Source: a virus
Virus record (IMG/VR): IMGVR_UViG_3300032242_000738
Location: 1 to 64,000 of that record
Strand: one strand, 5' to 3'
Length of the DNA stretch: 64,000 nucleotides
Positions 40,367-50,400 of the stretch are shown one piece after another (positions within the stretch are counted from its first letter, which is position 1; every line of letters begins with the position of its first letter). Position numbers and translations under genes: made by a program. The notes beneath the pieces are model-generated. The model had not been told where the DNA came from. It worked only from the letters and a program-made list of their open reading frames with translations, and searched no databases.

Positions 40367-41005
40367 ATGGCAACAGCCTCACAATCATTGTTTAACATGA
40401 CAGTAGCGTCAGATAACTCTGGCGGAAATCAGGGCTTGCTAATGCCCAAACTACAATATCGTTTTAGAGTTAATTTTCTAAACTTTGGAGTTAGTAATGC
40501 CACTAATGAATTAACTAAGCAAGTTATTGACGTAACACGCCCATCAGTTAGTTTTGGTGAAATTAACATACCAGTTTATAACTCTACTATGTATTTGGCA
40601 GGTAGACATGAATGGCAACCACTAACGGTTAATGTTCGTGATGATGCATCCGGTAGTGTTTCAAAATTAGTTGGACAACAGTTACAGAAACAAATGGACT
40701 TTGTTGAACAAGCTTCAGCCGCAACAGGTCAAGATTATAAGTTTCAAACAAATATTGAAATACTAGACGGTGGTAACGGTACTGCTACTCCAGTTGTATT
40801 AGAAACATGGGAAGTATATGGTTGCTTCTTGCAGGCAGCTAATTACAATAACCTAGCTTATAGTTCTAACGAAGTTGTAACAATACAATTATCAATTCGC
40901 TTTGACAATGCAATTCAATCACCATTGAGTTCTGGAGTTGGTACAAGTGTTGGTCGTGCCTTAGGTGGTAAATCAACTACAGGTATTGGTTCTGGTCAAG
41001 CTTAA
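40367..41005 (+). CDS. gp19: tail tube protein
   Basis: PKLQYRFRV, RPS, GRHEW..., follows sheath. Confidence 0.8.
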   Translation: MATASQSLFNMTVASDNSGGNQGLLMPKLQYRFRVNFLNFGVSNATNELTKQVIDVTRPSVSFGEINIPVYNSTMYLAGRHEWQPLTVNVRDDASGSVSKLVGQQLQKQMDFVEQASAATGQDYKFQTNIEILDGGNGTATPVVLETWEVYGCFLQAANYNNLAYSSNEVVTIQLSIRFDNAIQSPLSSGVGTSVGRALGGKSTTGIGSGQA

Positions 41006-41023
41006 TATATTTTAATATATTAA

Positions 41024-42211
41024 ATGTCTGGATTTTTTCAGAACTTATTAACAGACACTGCCGCGGGATTCTTCGGCAGTGAATACCTTCGTGATTATAC
41101 TCATGCTAGTAAAACATTTAGACCTAATGCATATCAATATGCACCTAAGTTTAAGTTTCTGTTTCATGTATATTTTGAAATCAATCAAAGTGCATATGCT
41201 GTGGGATTACCACAAGGTGCAAATTTTGGTCTAGCAGTTAAATCTGTAAAATTACCAAGCTATAGTTTTGATACACATACGATGAATCAATATAATCGTA
41301 AACGTATCGTGCAAACAAAAATAAAATATGATCCAATTGATATTAATTTCCATGATGACAATGGAAATTTAATACGTAACATGTGGTATAACTACTATAC
41401 ATATTACTATAAAGATGCAAGTATTCCAGTAGCATCAGTATCAGGCCGTCAAGCACAACAAACAGGTAATGGTAGTACAAATAGTCCCAATAATGCAAAC
41501 TATAACCTACGCAACATATATTCACAATCTATTACCGGTGACACAGATTGGGGCTATATAGGTGAAACATCAAGTACGCCTGCAACTAACATACAAGCAG
41601 GTAATGGACAAACCAAAATTCCATTCTTTAAAAATGTTACAATATTTGGTTTCAATCAACATAAGTATGTAGCTTATACATTAATTAATCCTATCATTAA
41701 TAGATTTGCACATGATACATACAATTATGCCGAAGGTAATGGTACTATGGAAAATACAATGACGTTGGATTATGAAACTGTTAAGTATTTCCAAGGTGCT
41801 ATTAGTGGCAAAGAACCTAGTAACATTGTTGCTGGTTTTGGTCTAGATCAAAATTATGATAGAATAGTTAGTCCTATTAGTAGACCGGGTAGTCAGGCTA
41901 GTATATTAGGTCAAGGCGGACTAGTTGACGGTGTTAATGGTGTCATTGATGATTTATCAGGATCTAATAAAAATATATTAGGTGCTATACAAAAAGCTGG
42001 TGCAACATATAATACTCTTAAAAATATCAATTTAAAACAAGCAATTAAGAGTGAAGTAACTGCAGGTATTACTAATGCTATTATGAATCCATTAAATAAT
42101 ACTGGAAGAAATGTATTGTTTAATTTACCTATATTTGGTAGTACCCCGAATCAAGCAGCACAAGCAAATGGTAGAAACGTACTTCCTCCGGATATAAATA
42201 TAGGGGGATAA
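41024..42211 (+). CDS. tube-like baseplate protein (gp54/gp48-like)
   Basis: VKSVKLPSY, NQYNRK, FHDD, YE tube-fold motifs. Confidence 0.6.
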   Translation: MSGFFQNLLTDTAAGFFGSEYLRDYTHASKTFRPNAYQYAPKFKFLFHVYFEINQSAYAVGLPQGANFGLAVKSVKLPSYSFDTHTMNQYNRKRIVQTKIKYDPIDINFHDDNGNLIRNMWYNYYTYYYKDASIPVASVSGRQAQQTGNGSTNSPNNANYNLRNIYSQSITGDTDWGYIGETSSTPATNIQAGNGQTKIPFFKNVTIFGFNQHKYVAYTLINPIINRFAHDTYNYAEGNGTMENTMTLDYETVKYFQGAISGKEPSNIVAGFGLDQNYDRIVSPISRPGSQASILGQGGLVDGVNGVIDDLSGSNKNILGAIQKAGATYNTLKNINLKQAIKSEVTAGITNAIMNPLNNTGRNVLFNLPIFGSTPNQAAQANGRNVLPPDINIGG

Positions 42212-42214
42212 ATT

Positions 42215-42577
42215 ATGGCAAGAATTATAGACGAAAGAACATCAACTGATTTAACAGTTAAAATATTTGACGATTTCTACGCATTTAACATGGTAGTAAA
42301 TAGCAATGAATTTGACATTGTTAATGGATATTTTAATTCTGTATGTGATACTAAAGCTATTGCGGGAAACTTTACAACGTTTTTATTTAGAATATCACAA
42401 GAAACAGGAATACCTGTATTAGATTTGTTAGGACAAATTCAAGGTACAGGTAGTAAGTTGCAAATGAATCAAATCATAACATACTATCTAAACAGTTTTA
42501 AATCTAAAACAAGTTTATATGGTGTAAGTACTGTACCACAATCTAATCAACCTGTAGCACGTAATATCGTGCAATAA
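42215..42577 (+). CDS. hypothetical protein
   Basis: TATAAATA at 42193. Confidence 0.65.
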   Translation: MARIIDERTSTDLTVKIFDDFYAFNMVVNSNEFDIVNGYFNSVCDTKAIAGNFTTFLFRISQETGIPVLDLLGQIQGTGSKLQMNQIITYYLNSFKSKTSLYGVSTVPQSNQPVARNIVQ

Positions 42578-42579
42578 TC

Positions 42580-43017
42580 ATGGCTAAGTTTGCTCAAGGT
42601 ACATTTGTCCCCAAAAATACTCAAAAATATGTAGGTAAACATACCCCAAGATATCGTAGTGGATGGGAACTAACATTTATGATGTTCCTGGATTCTAATT
42701 CAAACATAATTCAATGGGCAAGTGAATCTATTAGAATTCCATATAGAAATCCCTTAACCGGAAAAGCTAGCATATATGTCCCGGATTTTTTAGTTTTATA
42801 TGAAAATAAGTATAAGAAGCAAATAGCTGAACTTGTTGAAATCAAACCAAAAAAACAATCACTAATTGAAAGTAAAACAGCTAGTGCTAGAGACCAAGCT
42901 ATTGTAGCAGTTAATCACGCTAAATGGGCATCCGCACGTGCATGGTGTTCTCAGAACGGTTTAACTTTTAGAGTAATTAATGAAAATGATCTTTTCTATA
43001 ATGGGCGAAGCAAGTAA
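42580..43017 (+). CDS. gp4: head completion nuclease (gp4/TnsA-like)
   Basis: KYVG...YRSGWE, WASE, YVPDF, EIKP, N.AKW. Confidence 0.85.
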   Translation: MAKFAQGTFVPKNTQKYVGKHTPRYRSGWELTFMMFLDSNSNIIQWASESIRIPYRNPLTGKASIYVPDFLVLYENKYKKQIAELVEIKPKKQSLIESKTASARDQAIVAVNHAKWASARAWCSQNGLTFRVINENDLFYNGRSK

Positions 43018-43029
43018 CTAAATACTTGT

Positions 43030-43515
43030 ATGACAAAAAAATTAACCGAATTGTTTGAGCTACCACAAGATGAGATTGACAGCTTGCATGTTCCTATTCC
43101 GGAAAATGCCAATGAAATAACAAGTGATGCATTAAGTGCGTTAGAAAAGATTGACCAAGCATTGCCACAAGTACGTGGATTAGATGCAAGTGATAGTGAG
43201 TTAGATGAATTAGCACAGATGGCTGTAGATAGTTTTAAGGATCTAAGTGATTTGGGTATGCAAGTTGATAGTAGATTTAGTAGTGAGATTTTTAGTGTTG
43301 CTAGTAATATGTTAGGACATGCTATTACAGCAAAGACTGCTAAATTAAATAAGAAGTTAAAGATGATTGATTTACAGCTTAAGAAAGCACAATTAGACCA
43401 GAAATTATCTAGTAAAGCAGAAGAAATAGAGAACACACCAGTTGGTGAAGGTAAAGCATTAGACCGTAATGAATTATTGAAGATGTTGGCTAATAAAGAA
43501 CCGTCTGATAAATAA
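43030..43515 (+). CDS. probable terminase small subunit
   Basis: Helical gp16-like architecture, late box, next to gp4. Confidence 0.55.
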   Translation: MTKKLTELFELPQDEIDSLHVPIPENANEITSDALSALEKIDQALPQVRGLDASDSELDELAQMAVDSFKDLSDLGMQVDSRFSSEIFSVASNMLGHAITAKTAKLNKKLKMIDLQLKKAQLDQKLSSKAEEIENTPVGEGKALDRNELLKMLANKEPSDK

Positions 43516-43533
43516 TAGTATAGGAATAAAGAT

Positions 43534-44505
43534 ATGTCAGTAACATTTAGTGGAGCATTTACATTTGGTGGTGGTGGATTTACTGCTACTTTGGCACCAC
43601 CCTCAACACCCACAGCAGGTTGGTTTAGTACAGGTGCATATCTATCAACCGTAGATAGAATGATATTTGCAACTGACACCGCAGCAGTATCTGTTCGTGG
43701 ACCAATTAGTGTAGTTAAAAATGGCGCAGCCGCATTTGGCTCAAATACTTATGGATATAATACTGCAGGATACAATAGCCCAGCAGGTGTAATGTCATCA
43801 GTTGATAGAATAACATATGCGACAGACACAGCAACATCAAGTGTACGTGGTCCATTAGTAACAGCTAGATGGAGACATGGCACAACAAGTGACACTACAA
43901 CATATGGTTGGGCTGCTACAGGAGATAGTGTAAATTCATCAGTGGATCGTGTTACTTTTGCAGCCGACACTGCAACTGCTAGTGTACGCGGTCCATTAAG
44001 TTTGGCTAGATATGGATTAGGATCAACCGGGACAAATAGTTATGGATGGTTTATAGGTGGGCGATATGATAATCCAACTGCTGTAGTTGTTTCTACCATT
44101 GACCGCATTACATATGCATCTGACACTGCAACTGCTAGTGTACGTGGACCATTAAACTCAGTTAGATATTATGGTGTGGGAGCAGTCACAGACTATAATA
44201 CGTATGGCTGGTACGGTGGAGGTAACCCACTAGGCCCAGTCACGTCTGCAATTAGTCGTATTACTTATGCAAATGATACAGCAACTACTACTGTTAGAGG
44301 TTCATTATCAAACACCTACCTACAAGGCGGTGCAACCGGAGCGAGCGATACAACATATGGTTGGTGGGGAGGTGGTAATGCAGGAGGATCACCGACGTCT
44401 ATTATTACCCGTATTACATTTGCAACTGATACTGATATTACAACTAATAGAACCGTGTTGTCATCAACTAGATATCAAATTGCAACAACTTCAGGTATCC
44501 AATAA
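43534..44505 (+). CDS. six-repeat beta-propeller-like virion protein
   Basis: YGW..GG...S.VDRITYA.DTATASVRGPL...R repeats. Confidence 0.7.
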   Translation: MSVTFSGAFTFGGGGFTATLAPPSTPTAGWFSTGAYLSTVDRMIFATDTAAVSVRGPISVVKNGAAAFGSNTYGYNTAGYNSPAGVMSSVDRITYATDTATSSVRGPLVTARWRHGTTSDTTTYGWAATGDSVNSSVDRVTFAADTATASVRGPLSLARYGLGSTGTNSYGWFIGGRYDNPTAVVVSTIDRITYASDTATASVRGPLNSVRYYGVGAVTDYNTYGWYGGGNPLGPVTSAISRITYANDTATTTVRGSLSNTYLQGGATGASDTTYGWWGGGNAGGSPTSIITRITFATDTDITTNRTVLSSTRYQIATTSGIQ

Positions 44506-44576
44506 CTCCCCAAGCATTTTACGAAATGCAAATAAAAATCATAAATAGATAAATATATATAAGAAAAAGGATACCT

Positions 44577-45206
44577 ATGCGTAGTCTAAAACAATACATA
44601 ACCGAAAGTCTTAAAAGTTACAATTATACTATAAAGATTGCTGGTGATGTGGATAAAAACTTCTTAGATATGTTTAAATACAATCTAAACAAGTTTGACC
44701 CGATCAGAATCAGCGAGCCAACTAAAACACCTATACAGAAAGATCCGTATGGATTTCCTAATTTAAATAATCAATCTGTAACTATTATTAAAGCTGATTT
44801 TAGATATCCAGCTACTGAGCCAATGATACAACAAATTGCTCAATTATTGGGCTATAATGTTAACATGGTTCGTGTTATTAGTAGCCATTATGATGATAGC
44901 ATTAATAGTGAGGCTGAAGGCTATGCTAATGAAATGAAAGATAGTCCAATACTTACACATGAAGAAATGGGTGAGCAACCTGGTGCTAAAGAAGCTGCCA
45001 AACAATATGGTGATAGTTATTTAACTAGTATTAAAGATCAAATGAAGGGTTCAACTATTGATATTCCTTATGCAGGTCAAAAGACTCCTGATGCGTTTGA
45101 TCCATTCAAGCCATATTTGGATGATAAAAAAATGGGCGATAAGAGTCCAATGAGTACAATTAAACGCCCACCAAAGCCAGCAACTGGCGCTAGCGTATCA
45201 AAATAA
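44577..45206 (+). CDS. late hypothetical (head-associated) protein
   Basis: MRSLKQYITE start; late boxes 44540-44555. Confidence 0.65.
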   Translation: MRSLKQYITESLKSYNYTIKIAGDVDKNFLDMFKYNLNKFDPIRISEPTKTPIQKDPYGFPNLNNQSVTIIKADFRYPATEPMIQQIAQLLGYNVNMVRVISSHYDDSINSEAEGYANEMKDSPILTHEEMGEQPGAKEAAKQYGDSYLTSIKDQMKGSTIDIPYAGQKTPDAFDPFKPYLDDKKMGDKSPMSTIKRPPKPATGASVSK

Positions 45207-45218
45207 AAGGAACATAAA

Positions 45219-47396
45219 ATGGATTTCAAAAGTTTATTATCACAACTAGACCAGTTGAACGAAGCAAAAGAAAAAACTAAAACTGGATTAAAGCATACTG
45301 CTGAGCCAGGTGGTTACGGCCGTAAAGACGATGAAGATGACGAGGGTCATAAAGTTAAAGCCACTAGTGTCAAAAAAGGCAAGGGTCGTCCTAAGAAAGA
45401 TGCAGATGATTCAGGTGAAACTAAAAAGTATGACTTTAGTGCATTTGGTGTTAAGTCTGGTAAAGATGTTAAGTTACCTAAACATGATAAGAAGAAAACT
45501 ACAGTAGTTAAAGGTAAATCACAAAGCCATGCCTCTAATAAAGTAGATGACGGTACTGATCCAGGAGAAGAACCTAAAACAAAGAAAAAAGGTCTAAAAG
45601 AATATTTTGATTCATTGGATAAAGCATTGAACGAAGCTGAACAGATTGTAATCAAACCAGCAAGTCAAATGCCTAAACAACCTGGACAAACATCAATGGG
45701 TCAGAAGCCAGCAGTTCCTGGTCAGCAACAACAAGTTGCAGGTCAGCCACAAAAAGATACACAAGTTATTGCTCAAGGTAATAAGACATTAGGTACAGTT
45801 GACAATCCACAATTAGCACAACAGATTAAACAAAGTATCGGTAAAGGCGAAATGACTTTGATGCCTGATCAAATGCACGAAGAAATGGACGAAGATAGTA
45901 ACTACAGTGCAAAAGACGCACGTGCAGGTAAAGATATTGGTAAGCCAGGCAAATCATTTAGTAAAATTGCAAAATCTGCAGGTGAAAGATATGGTAGTAA
46001 AGCAGCCGGTCAACGTGTTGCAGGTGCAGTATTAGCTAAACTACGTAAAACAAATGAAGCCGATCAACCACCAAACGATAGTTTGTTAAGCCCAATGAGT
46101 GAAGTCAAGAAGCCAGATGCTAACAAGAATGGTATCCCTGACTATGCTGAAGATGGTAAGGGTAAAAACGATTTGAAGAAAAAGAAAGTTAAAGAAGGTA
46201 TGGAACATAAATTAAAAGCAGCTCGCCATACGGGTAAGGCACATGCTTTAGCTAAAGAAAGTTATAACTGCCGTTATGATGATATGGAAGAAGCAAGACA
46301 TTACCATGAAGGCTATAAAGAAGGTCTAGATGAATGCTATGGTCAAATGCCAATTCAAGGTTATGTTGGTGAAACTGGTAATGAATTAGGAAATATGGCT
46401 AGTTATGGTGCACATACTCCTACAATGGAAGATGATTTGGATGAAGTAAGCCGCGGTGAGTACATGAAGCAAAAAGCAAAAAGCACACCGGGCGATACAT
46501 TTAAAGCATTTGGACAAACTTTCCAAGACAAAGAAGTATTAGAAGATAATCCATTCTTTGAATCATTTGAAAAGCAATTAAATTCACTATTAGAAAGTGA
46601 AGAAGTTACTGAAGGTATGACTGTTTCTATCAGTAAAGGTCAGCAAGGTAGTCCTGATTCAGTAAGTGTTTCAGCACAAGATGGTGAAGCCGATCAGTTG
46701 TTATCATTAATCAAATCTGCTGGTTTAGGATTATTTGGTGGTGATGAACAAGCAGTATCAACTGGTTCACAACCAATGAGTGTTGCAGTTGACGGTGAAA
46801 CTACACCTGCTGATATAGAAGTTGTTGACGACCATGATGATATGTTATCATTGATCCGTAAGATGACTGGTCAAGGCCCTGCAGTAGCAGCCGGTGATTA
46901 TGAAGAAGAAGGTGGTGAACCAGCACATGGTCAACATGGACATGAAGAACATGAAGAACATGAAGAAAATTGCAATGAATGCGGTATGGCTTATGAGTCA
47001 TGTGGTTGTGATGACAACGCAGTAGAAGAAAATGAGTCAATGGATCAACGTGAATATGAAGTAGCTGAAGCCGCCGTAGAGACTGATGCTGAAGCTGATG
47101 AAAATGCAGAGGCTGCAGAAGACCAAGCACTAGCTACAGTAGATGCCGCACAAGATGAAAGTCAAGTTGATGAAGAAGAAAAAGTAGAAGAATCATATGC
47201 TAATGGTGATGATGATACATTTGAATCTGATATTGATTTTATGACTAATGTTATTAGTGGTGGTTTAAACAAGCGTAAATCTACTGGTCAGTCAACAATT
47301 CCAGTTGTATCTACACAAGTAAATCGTTTAGGTAGTCCAATGAAAGAATCTACAGATTTATTAACAGATTGGCGTAAACTAAGCGGTATTAAGTAA
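45219..47396 (+). CDS. large charged low-complexity prohead core/internal protein
   Basis: Repeated hydrophobic-x-E sites, acidic tracts, ends RKLSGIK. Confidence 0.55.
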   Translation: MDFKSLLSQLDQLNEAKEKTKTGLKHTAEPGGYGRKDDEDDEGHKVKATSVKKGKGRPKKDADDSGETKKYDFSAFGVKSGKDVKLPKHDKKKTTVVKGKSQSHASNKVDDGTDPGEEPKTKKKGLKEYFDSLDKALNEAEQIVIKPASQMPKQPGQTSMGQKPAVPGQQQQVAGQPQKDTQVIAQGNKTLGTVDNPQLAQQIKQSIGKGEMTLMPDQMHEEMDEDSNYSAKDARAGKDIGKPGKSFSKIAKSAGERYGSKAAGQRVAGAVLAKLRKTNEADQPPNDSLLSPMSEVKKPDANKNGIPDYAEDGKGKNDLKKKKVKEGMEHKLKAARHTGKAHALAKESYNCRYDDMEEARHYHEGYKEGLDECYGQMPIQGYVGETGNELGNMASYGAHTPTMEDDLDEVSRGEYMKQKAKSTPGDTFKAFGQTFQDKEVLEDNPFFESFEKQLNSLLESEEVTEGMTVSISKGQQGSPDSVSVSAQDGEADQLLSLIKSAGLGLFGGDEQAVSTGSQPMSVAVDGETTPADIEVVDDHDDMLSLIRKMTGQGPAVAAGDYEEEGGEPAHGQHGHEEHEEHEENCNECGMAYESCGCDDNAVEENESMDQREYEVAEAAVETDAEADENAEAAEDQALATVDAAQDESQVDEEEKVEESYANGDDDTFESDIDFMTNVISGGLNKRKSTGQSTIPVVSTQVNRLGSPMKESTDLLTDWRKLSGIK

Positions 47397-47412
47397 TTAA
47401 TACTATTCAAAG

Positions 47413-47440
47413 AATACCCGAGTTTATCGGGTATTTTTTT
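47413..47440 (+). terminator. intrinsic terminator
   Basis: aatacccga-gttta-tcgggtatt plus T run. Confidence 0.85.
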
Positions 47441-47491
47441 GGTTATAGTGTTTATAGGAAAACGATAAATACTAAATAAGGTAATATAGTT

Positions 47492-50400
47492 ATGAGCCAA
47501 CAAAATATAGATTTCGGTGCTTTTCCGGATGATCCTCAAGCAGATGCTATAAGAATAGCGTTTCAAAAAGTACAAAATAACTTTGACCAGTTATTTTCAA
47601 CTGCATCCGTAGGCGTAGTTACATCAGTAAATCAAAATGCCGGTGCCGGCATACAAGTTAATACACCTACCGGTAACGTAATTGTTAGTGCTAATATTGC
47701 TTGTGTTCAAGTTGCTACTAGTTCATTAAGTATTGGTCAGGGTGGTAATGGTGGAACTTCTGCAACTATTACACAATCTAGTCAAACACTGGTAGTTGAT
47801 ATTAATCCAGCAAACGTATTTTCAAACAATTTTGCGGCTGTGGGTGGCGGATTAGCCAATATAACAGGTACACTAACTGCATCCGCTTCAGCACAACCTA
47901 ATATTACTACTGTAGGAACATTGGGTAATTTAGTAGTAACCGGTGATACTACTTCAGGTAATGTATATGCTAATTCAGGAACAGTAGTAGCAAGTATACT
48001 AACTGGAACACTAACCACAAACGCACAACCAAATATTACTAGTGTTGGTACATTAAGTAGTTTAACAGTTACAGGTACTATTACTAGTGGTAATGCTACT
48101 TTAGGTAACACAGCTAATGCTAATTATTTTGTTGGTGATGGTAGTCAATTAACTAATATTCGTGCTGATGGTGGTACATCAACTATATTATCTAACGGTA
48201 CTAGTAATGTAAACATTCCAGTAGTTAGTAGCAATGTTACGATAGGTGTTAGTGGTACTGCTAACACAGTTGTTTTTACTACAACAGGTGTTAATGTAAG
48301 TGGATACTTAAATGCAAATAGATTAATATCTACTGTTGCCACAGGTACAGCACCGTTAACAGTAACATCTACTACTCAAGTTGCAAACTTAAATGCAGCT
48401 ACTGCAGGTCTTGCTACATACGCCACTACAGCAAATAGTGTAGCAGGTGCAAATGTTTCAGGAGCAGTACCTTATGCAACTACAGCAAATAGTGTTGCCG
48501 GTGCTAACGTAAGTGGTGCTGTTGGTAGTGCAACTAATGCATCTGCAGTATTAAATAGCACACAAACGACAGGAACATATTATCCTGCATTCGTTTCATC
48601 AACAGTAACCGGTAATTATGCTTTAGCATCTAATACAGCATTTAGTGCTAACTTAGCTAATGGATCATTAACAGCAACAACTTTCATTGGTAATGTTCAG
48701 GGTAATGTAAATGGTAATATTTCTGGTAACATTAATGTAAGTGGTAGCAATACACAGGTGTTGTTCAATGATTCAGGTAATGCTAACGCTACTGCAGGTT
48801 TTACATTTAACAAATCATCAAATCTAGTAACAATGGCTGGTAACTTAATTACAGCTAATGCTAATTTGGGTAATGCCGCATCAGCTAATTATTTTATTGG
48901 AAGCGGTAATAATTTAAGTAATATTCAAGGTGCTAACGTTTCTGGTGCTGTACCTTATGCAACAACAGCTAATAATGTAGCTGGTGCTAATGTAAGTGGT
49001 ATTGTAGCTAATGCCACATATGCGACAAATGCCGGATCAGCAACGACAGCTGGTACAGTAACAACAGCCGCACAACCAAATATCACAAGTGTTGGTACAC
49101 TATCTTCATTAATTGTTAGTGGCAATATTAATGCCGGCAATCTTAGTGCAAATAACTTTACAGTTAATAATGCTAATATATCAGGTCAATATATAACAAC
49201 ACTAACTACAGGTACTGCACCATTAGTAGTATATTCAACTACACAAGTGGCTAACTTAAATGCAGCTACAGCAGGTCTTGCTACATATGCTACAACCGCA
49301 AACGCAGTAGCTGGCGCAAATGTTTCAGGTGCAGTAGCTTATGCAACCACAGCTAATAGTGTGGCTGGTGCTAATGTCAGTGGTGCTGTTGCTAGTGCTA
49401 CTAATGCATCTGCAGTATTGCAAAACACATCAACTGCTACTACAGCTTATCCTACATTCACTACATCATCTGCTAATGGTAACTCATCAATAGTAATTAA
49501 TACTAGTATTAATGCTAATTTATCTAATGGTGCATTAACTGCAACAACATTTATAGGTAACTTCCAAGGTAATATTTCTGGTAATATTAGTGTAGGTGGC
49601 AGTAATACACAAGTATTGTTTAATGATTCAGGTAATGCTAATGCTACTGCAGGATTTACATTTAATAAATCATCAAACCTTGTTACATTATCAGGTAATT
49701 TAATAGCAGCAAATGCTAATTTAGGTAATGCCGCAACAGCTAATTACTTTATTGGTAACTTCTATGGTTTGGCTAATAACTCAACAACAGCAGGTACAGT
49801 AACCTCTAACGCACAACCAAATATCACTAGTTTGGGTACATTAAGTAGTTTATCAGTAACTGGCAATATATCATCAGGTAATGCTAGTTTAGGAAATAGT
49901 GTATCAGCTAATTACTTTGTTGGTTCAGGTAATAACTTAAGCAATATACAGGCTGCTAATATTACAGGAGCAATTCCATATGCTAATATCGCAAATAATG
50001 TAGCCGGCGCAAATGTCTCTGGACAAGTAGGTAATAGTTTAATTGCAAGTACAGTTTATACTAATGCACAGCCAAACATAACTAGTGTAGGTACACTAAC
50101 TGGTTTAACTGTATCTGGGTCAACGAATTTGGGTAATGTAGGCAACGTTACAATTACTGGAGGTAGTGCAAACTATTTCTTAATGACAAATGGTTCTGGT
50201 GCATTAACTTGGACTAATGCCGCATTATCGCCTGTACCAGGTTCTAATACACAAGTTATCTTTAATGACGGTAGTGCGTACGGAGCAAATAGTAATTTAA
50301 CATTTAATAAATCAACAGGAGCATTAAGTGCTACATTACTAACCGGTACATTAACAACAGCGGCTCAACCAAATGTTACAAGTGTTGGTACATTAACTTC

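Noticed and set aside
42996-43679. 227-aa minus-strand ORF
   Set aside because: Lies antisense to well-supported + strand late genes
46941-46967. catgaagaa x3 microsatellite as a phase-variation tract
   Set aside because: In-frame 9-bp unit (HEE) in a low-complexity protein; cannot shift frame
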